64,000 nucleotides of DNA from the NCBI GenBank assembly GCA_951406725.2, contig OX597826.1:2108001-2172000 (forward strand). Reading direction: 5' to 3'. This document shows positions 57,625 to 64,000 of the stretch, in pieces. Position 1 is the stretch's first letter. Each line of letters begins with the position of its first letter. The stretch is from Octopus vulgaris. Lineage: Eukaryota. The translations under genes and the position numbers were made by a program. The notes beneath the pieces are model-generated. The model was not told the DNA's origin. It was given only the letters and a program-made list of their open reading frames with translations, and made no database searches.

Positions 57625-59343
57625 TATATTTATATATACATATATATATATGTTTATATTTATATATACATATATATATATATATACATGTCTACATGTG
57701 TATATATATATATATTTGAATATATACGAATATGTATGTATATACATATATGTGTGTGTGTGTATATATATGTATGCATATATGTGTGTGTATGTATGTG
57801 TACACTTATGTGTGAATGCGTATATAAACATGCGTGTGTGTGAGTGCGTGTGTGTCTGTATAGAGTTTCTCCACATTGATAAACCATATTAAATATTTTT
57901 AAAAAATACATATAACTACAAATTCTCCCCCCCAAAAAAAATATAAACACAAAATTGATAAACAACAGCATCAAGGACATAACTTTGGTGAACAATAACG
58001 AATTTATTAGACATTAATTATTGTAAACACAACAACAACAACAACAACAACACTAATAACAACAGTGATATGAAAAAAATCTAATGCCAAAATGCGAAAA
58101 AATATTTACAAAATTAATTAATATAATATGACGTATTATTAGAAACAAAGAATCTAAGTCTAAAAGGAATTGCGAAAATGAATGAAGAAATATTATCCAT
58201 AGCAACTGAGGCTTCAAGAACACAGAGCAGATTTTGATTTTAACATTGCTATTTGCAATTACTCTAATTACTTGCTAAATGAATTGGAGGCACTTGGGGA
58301 TCTGCTGTGGTGAATTTTGAAACTGGAAACAAATAGCTGTGATGATTCACTCTGTTGCTGACAAGGGACATTAGAGTATGTTTAGGAATGTAACAAAAGG
58401 GAAATTTTTATATAATAACTATTAAAAGTTAAACGGAGAATAACAACAAGTATAAGAGAAAATGAAAGACCATATTCATGGTATATGTATTAACTGACGA
58501 TGGAAGATGAATATTGGTTAAATATCAAATTGGTAAATATGTACAGAAAGAAGAAACGAGCAAAGAAATAAACAAACAAGAGAATCGGCAATTGAATGGC
58601 ATGTTATTAATTCCTAGTATCAACCAATGCATTGATATATCACATCGAGTCACAATCAGTTCAACTAAACTACGATGCGTTTCTAAAGATTTTATCTTCC
58701 AAATGTTGATCTCATTCTAACAGCGAAGTGTCAAAATTTACTTACAGTACACAACTATAGACAGAGCGGTTACATAAACTCACACCATAAACACACGTAT
58801 GTGTGTATAGATATAATACACACACACAGAGACACACACATATGTACACAGAATAGACGCATGGAAAAAAGTTTTCGGTTATTGAAATATGTTCAAAGAT
58901 GTGTACAATTCTACATTATTTCAAAATATTGATACAAAGATATTCAGTTTGCCAACAGTTTCCTAATCATCAGTTTGAAGATTATGCTGTGCAGATTCTG
59001 TTGTTTTACGGCTTCAAACTTCGAAATTGTTAAGTTTGTCAAGTAACAATGCAATCCCAAACAGTTTTAACATCTGGTCATTTATAGCAAAGGCACAAAA
59101 CACCCGCACATTTCACGTTATCGTCAATGCTATCAATATTGAGTACCTTATCTCGATAAGTTTTAGGAATTTGGAGTGAGTTTCAATTGATACATAATTC
59201 ATGCTCATAGATACTCGCAAAAATAATTATCACTTTTTCTTTTTAAAAAAAGTTAGAGCTGGGAATAAAATGATTATTTTCAACTCTTTATTCCTCAGCT
59301 GCAAGCAAATAGCAGACGAAATCTACCAATCGGCATGCTATTA

Positions 59344-59660
59344 TGTTTTTATTTAGGCGCCCTTTTCAAGTCTAGCCAGGCTCATGGGTCCGGTTTCCCG
59401 GGTTTCTGTGGCGTATGTGCTCCCCCCAACTGGACGGGACACCTGTCCATCGCAGCGTTACTCAAGAAACAGGAAGAAAGAGTGAGAGAAAGATGGGGTG
59501 AAGGAGTAAAACATGAGTCGCCACCACCCCCTGCCGGAGCCTCGTGGGGCTTTAGATGTTTTCGCTCAATAAACATACACAACGCCCGGTCTGGGAATCG
59601 AAACCGCGATCCTCCGACCGCGAGTCCGTTGCCCTAACCACTGGGCCATTGCGCCTCCAC
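59344..59660 (-). mobile_element. Full-length tRNA-derived SINE family C with a 15-bp target-site duplication
   Basis: ATCGGCATG(C/T)TATTA at 59329-59343 and 59661-59675; A and B boxes in the head. Confidence 0.9.
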
Positions 59661-60304
59661 ATCGGCATGTTATTACTAAACTGCAACTAAAGTTTTCAGG
59701 AGTTTTAGTAAGGATTTTCACATTCTCGCATGTTCAAACTCCTTAAAATATATTAGCACTGCTAAGAGACTATGATTAACTGCCATAACATTTGAAGTCC
59801 ACATCTTCAAAACTGAAGGTCTTCTTGTAGCGCCCTTTATGCAAACAGCAGTGTACGCCTAATTTAAGACCAAAATTTTTTCCTGCTTTCTAATTTCGAA
59901 ACCAAGACTGAATAATTTTCTAAGAACCATTACGATAAAATACTTATTTTTCCCAGAGAACAAGAGCAACATAAAATTGCTGTTTACGTAGGAAATTTCA
60001 ATATGAAGTACACAATATCTTTTTCAGAAGAAATGGACATCATATGACATATAGAATTTAGATTTGACCAAAGTGTGTCAGCTAGCCATGAATGTTAAAT
60101 GGCCGGAAAATCGTATATGAATCATGGTTTACTGTATTTTTTCGTGATGCAAGGCACATTGGACGGTGTTGTCAGCGAGAATGCCTATCAACAAACACGT
60201 TACGGTATAGTATACTTGTATACTATATGTTTTTGTGTACTACTATTAGTTTCATGTGTTGGGAGCATGTCAGAGAGTGTTTTTAACACACCAGGTATCC
60301 TAGG

Positions 60305-61060
60305 ACAATCATCAGACACTGCCCATAAGGCATAACTAACTAAAAATGGGACGATAGGATGAGAGAAAAAGTGAGAAAAGGGGAGAAAGCAGTATATAAG
60401 AAAGGTGGAAATTTGAAAAACCGGGAAATCTTTATATATAAAAGTGAAGTTGTGTGTCTGTCTCGTACGATTTAGATTCCTAACTACTCCCACATTTTGC
60501 GGTGCAGTTTAACCAAAACTGGGTATCTTATAGTCGTGATTCATATCGAGCCCTTCTGGGTATTAGCGCGCGTCTACGATGAGTATACGATTTTAAAAAA
60601 AAATTACCATCATTTTTTTCCATTTTAATGTATTTTTTCGCTATTATATAAGGGAAGTAACTCTCTAAAAATGTCTACGATGAGTCAACGATTTAAAAAA
60701 AAATTACCATCATTTTTTTCCATTTTTAATGCATTCTTTTGCTATTTTTGGCTATAACTCTCTAAAAATGCTTATATAGTTATTTCCCTTACAAACCCGA
60801 GCAACGCCGGGCGATACTGCTAGTGAAAAATAAAACAGAAACAGCCCCTATCTTTTTCAGCACTATATTCTCAGTCTTATAAGGGGAAGTAACACTTAAC
60901 CTCACCACCATTTTGCTTCTTTCTCTTTTCATATTTCGTTTTCGAATTTTTCAGCCTGCCACCTTTTATGTCTACTTCATTCTCGCATTCTCTCACTTTT
61001 TCTCTAATCCTGTCGTCTCATTTTTAATTCATTATGCTATGCAAGCAGTGCCAGATATTT
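60305..61060. mobile_element. Old foldback/MITE-like element with ~120-bp diverged inverted arms
   Basis: AAAAATGGGACGATAGGATGAGAGAAAAAGTGAGA (60341) matches the reverse complement of TCTCACTTTTTCTCTAATCCTGTCGTCTCATTTTT (60991). Confidence 0.7.
60429..60823 (+). mobile_element. Complete non-autonomous Helitron
   Basis: A|TCTTTATATATAAAA..CCCGAGCAACGCCGGG hairpin..CTAG|T; no TSD; internal ~100-bp duplication. Confidence 0.88.
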
Positions 61061-61144
61061 GTGGTCGGACACCAGACCAGTTACAAAGCTACTGTCGGCT
61101 GATGCTCGCATAAAACATATCGTGTTTATTAAATAATACTTGTA

Positions 61145-61330
61145 TCTCAGCAGATGGGGTACTTTGTTTTGTTGATCTTACAATCACGGCACAGTACACT
61201 ATATATCTATATATTTGTGTGCATCTGCGTGTATGTGTATGTGTGTGTGCGTGCGTGCATATATTAGATAATACTTATGTCTCACCAGATGGAATTATTT
61301 CTTTGTTGATCTTATCATCACGGCACAGTA

Positions 61331-61340
<10 letters not shown>
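61145..61340. repeat. Diverged ~60-bp direct duplication
   Basis: TCTCA(G/C)CAGATGG..TTGTTGATCTTA..ATCACGGCACAGTACACTATAT at 61145 and 61280. Confidence 0.8.
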
Positions 61341-61425
<85 letters not shown>

Positions 61426-61686
61426 TGTGTGCATGTGTGTATACACTATATTTATATATAAACAAGAGACCTTTATCAAATTATTTCGTAACTTCGATTT
61501 CGGAAAAAAGTGTGCAACCTTCGACGCCCAGAAGTGGTTATTTTTGTTGAACATACACAGCCCAGTTTTTGTTGTGTATTTTTATACCTGTCACGGATTG
61601 CTCGAAGATTACTAACTTCCTACAGTTGGTCCTATGGACCTTACCTTTGTATGTTTGTATGTGTATATATATATATATATATATAA

Positions 61687-61747
<61 letters not shown>

Positions 61748-63055
61748 CACACATACACAAACACATAAGCATTCGAAACTACACGTGAGGAGCATAAGAA
61801 GGTTACTTCTAAAGACCTTGATCTGTAAGTCGTCTTCAGCTTTGTGGTATATTACAGGTAAGTGCCAGCACGGAGATAATGCGCAACGGTAGATGGTGGA
61901 ATGAGATCTGCATTGAAATGTTTGCTGTGATTACCCACGAGGAATTCAAAGCTCATCTAGAACGGTTCCCCACCGATAAATCCTGCAGTAAAGAAAGCTG
62001 GACCGAAGAAAATTCGACTGTTGTAGTAGAGAGGATTATTCTATTCCTATATGTATGCGAAGAGGCATGAATTGAAGCAGCGAACGAAGAAATTCGGCAG
62101 CAGAGAACTGTAGAAGTAGTGAATATAACAGCAGGACCAAGAAATTGGTTATGTTCCAGTTGGAAATCATTGGAAAGCTAGAACATAAGAGGCAAACTGT
62201 CAGATGAACAGCATGAGAAAATAGAAGAGGTTGATAAAAATGAAAAATTACAGAAACAGAAAACAAAAACAAAAGCAAAAATGGACGACACCGACCGAAA
62301 TGAAATACAGGTAAATAAGAGCATTTTGCTTGGATTGCGTTTGGCAAGTTAATGAATGTTGTAAATCAGTGATTTTGAAGATGAGTATCACTCTGCTCAT
62401 CAAATACGTGTGAGATATTTGATACATCACGTCCCTTTATTACTTAGATGACAAAATAGGTTTGTGCATCCATATACGCCATGGAGTTTGACAGCTCAAA
62501 ATAATGAAAATCAACTGAATTTTGCTGATCATACCAATTTATCTGCCATTCCTCAATCCTCTAATATTCTTCCCGTGAAAAATGTGCTCCCCCCAGATAA
62601 GCGACCTCAAAGAAGACGAAAGTTATACTTGAGATTGCGGGTGGAGGTAGGATCCACTTTAAAAAATAGTTGGATGATATGATTTTGATAAGGAAAGTTC
62701 TTTGCACTCATAAGTATGTGCAATTTCGAGGATATGGGATGCTTCTGAATGTAAGGTTACTTTCGTAAATACCAGACTGAAATACGCACAACGGAAGGCG
62801 GTCTGTGTTTTGAGGTGTATTGTTTTATATAGGTGGCTCCTTTTCACACCTGTAATGTCGAATTGCCAACGTTCGTTTTTATATTTACACTCACACACAT
62901 GCTTTACTGCGGGATGCTTTTTATCTAATAAAAACATACTCACTGAGTGGCTACTGGGAGAAAAGAATCTCCCAGGATGCAACCAAATTATTTTCAACAC
63001 AATTTAACCAAAACAAATACCGAAATAAGTATATTTATCAAAGAATCATACAAAG

Positions 63056-63177
<122 letters not shown>

Positions 63178-63206
63178 CATTTATATTTCCTGGCAATAAT
63201 TCCTAG

Positions 63207-63383
63207 ACGTGGCTGTGTGGTAACAACTTTGCTTCCCACCATCAAGATCCGGGTTCAGTTCCACTGCGCGGCACCTTGACCAAGTGTCTACTACTATAAG
63301 GTCGGGCAAACCAAAGCTTTTTGAGTGGGTTTGGTAGACGGAAACTGAAAGAAGTTCGTCTTGTATACATACATGCATACAAC

Positions 63384-63450
<67 letters not shown>

Positions 63451-63700
63451 ATGTGAGGACCAAAATCCTTCAAAGGGATGTGTATATATATATATATATA
63501 TATATTTGTGTTTCTATGTATCTTTATATCTGTGTCTCCCCCTACCGCTTGACGCTCGGTGTTTGTGTGTTTGTGTCCGTTCAAAGTAGCGGTTCGGCCA
63601 AAGATATCAATAGAATAAATACCACGCTTTAAAAAAATTATAAATACTGGGGTCACGTCCTTGCCCCAGCATGGCCGAAGACAAAATGACGAAAGCAAGG
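63207..63700 (+). mobile_element. Diverged SINE family A copy, preceded by (TATC)n at 63057-63176
   Basis: Head, expanded internal microsatellite and tail. Confidence 0.8.
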
Positions 63701-63874
63701 AGAAGAAAAAAGATTGGCTTCGCGCTCCGTAAGATTGATGCGGAAAACGAATCTTTCCAGTAAGTTTGTAATCGGTTATATACCATAAGCAATAATATAC
63801 AAATTGACTATATAAAAGCACATCCGTTCAGTTCTGTTTATTACAGAGTTTTTTCTGACTAATGCAAAACTATT

Positions 63875-64000
63875 AGGGGTGTGTAGTTAGAAGCTTGCTT
63901 CGAAACCACACGGTTCGGGGTTCATTCCCACTACGTGACACCTTGCGTAAGTGTATTCTACTATAGCCTCGGAGCGACCAAAGCTTTGTGAGTGAATTTG
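63875..64000 (+). mobile_element. SINE family A head running off the window end
   Basis: GGGGTTCATTCCCACTACGTGACACC..CTATAGCCTCGG..TTGTGAGTGAATTTG. Confidence 0.85.

Noticed and set aside
61780-61865. Two GTAAGT donor-like sites suggesting micro-exons
   Set aside because: Weak acceptors and no recognisable peptide

Overview
AT-rich animal genomic DNA, intergenic or intronic. I found no credible host protein-coding exon, and nearly all listed ORFs are microsatellite translations. The repeat content points to a coleoid cephalopod, most likely Octopus (inference from recalled SINE families and microsatellite load). The window holds extremely dense microsatellites; at least four tRNA-headed SINE families; four decayed R4/Dong-like RLE non-LTR retrotransposon fragments at or near (TAA)n; decayed mariner, DD37D/maT and hAT transposases; two Tigger-like MITEs; a complete non-autonomous Helitron nested in a foldback element; an RTE-derived short element; and one 100-N gap. 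The best novelty candidate is a short retroelement present twice (15028-15488 +, 24382-24650 -). It joins a tRNA-like Pol III head and a variable microsatellite to a Penelope-type tail with a minimal type I hammerhead ribozyme. A second, unrelated hammerhead (43661-43708) and a ~170-bp foldback (7424-7591) also look Penelope-related. Whether any of these are already in Dfam/Repbase could not be checked.
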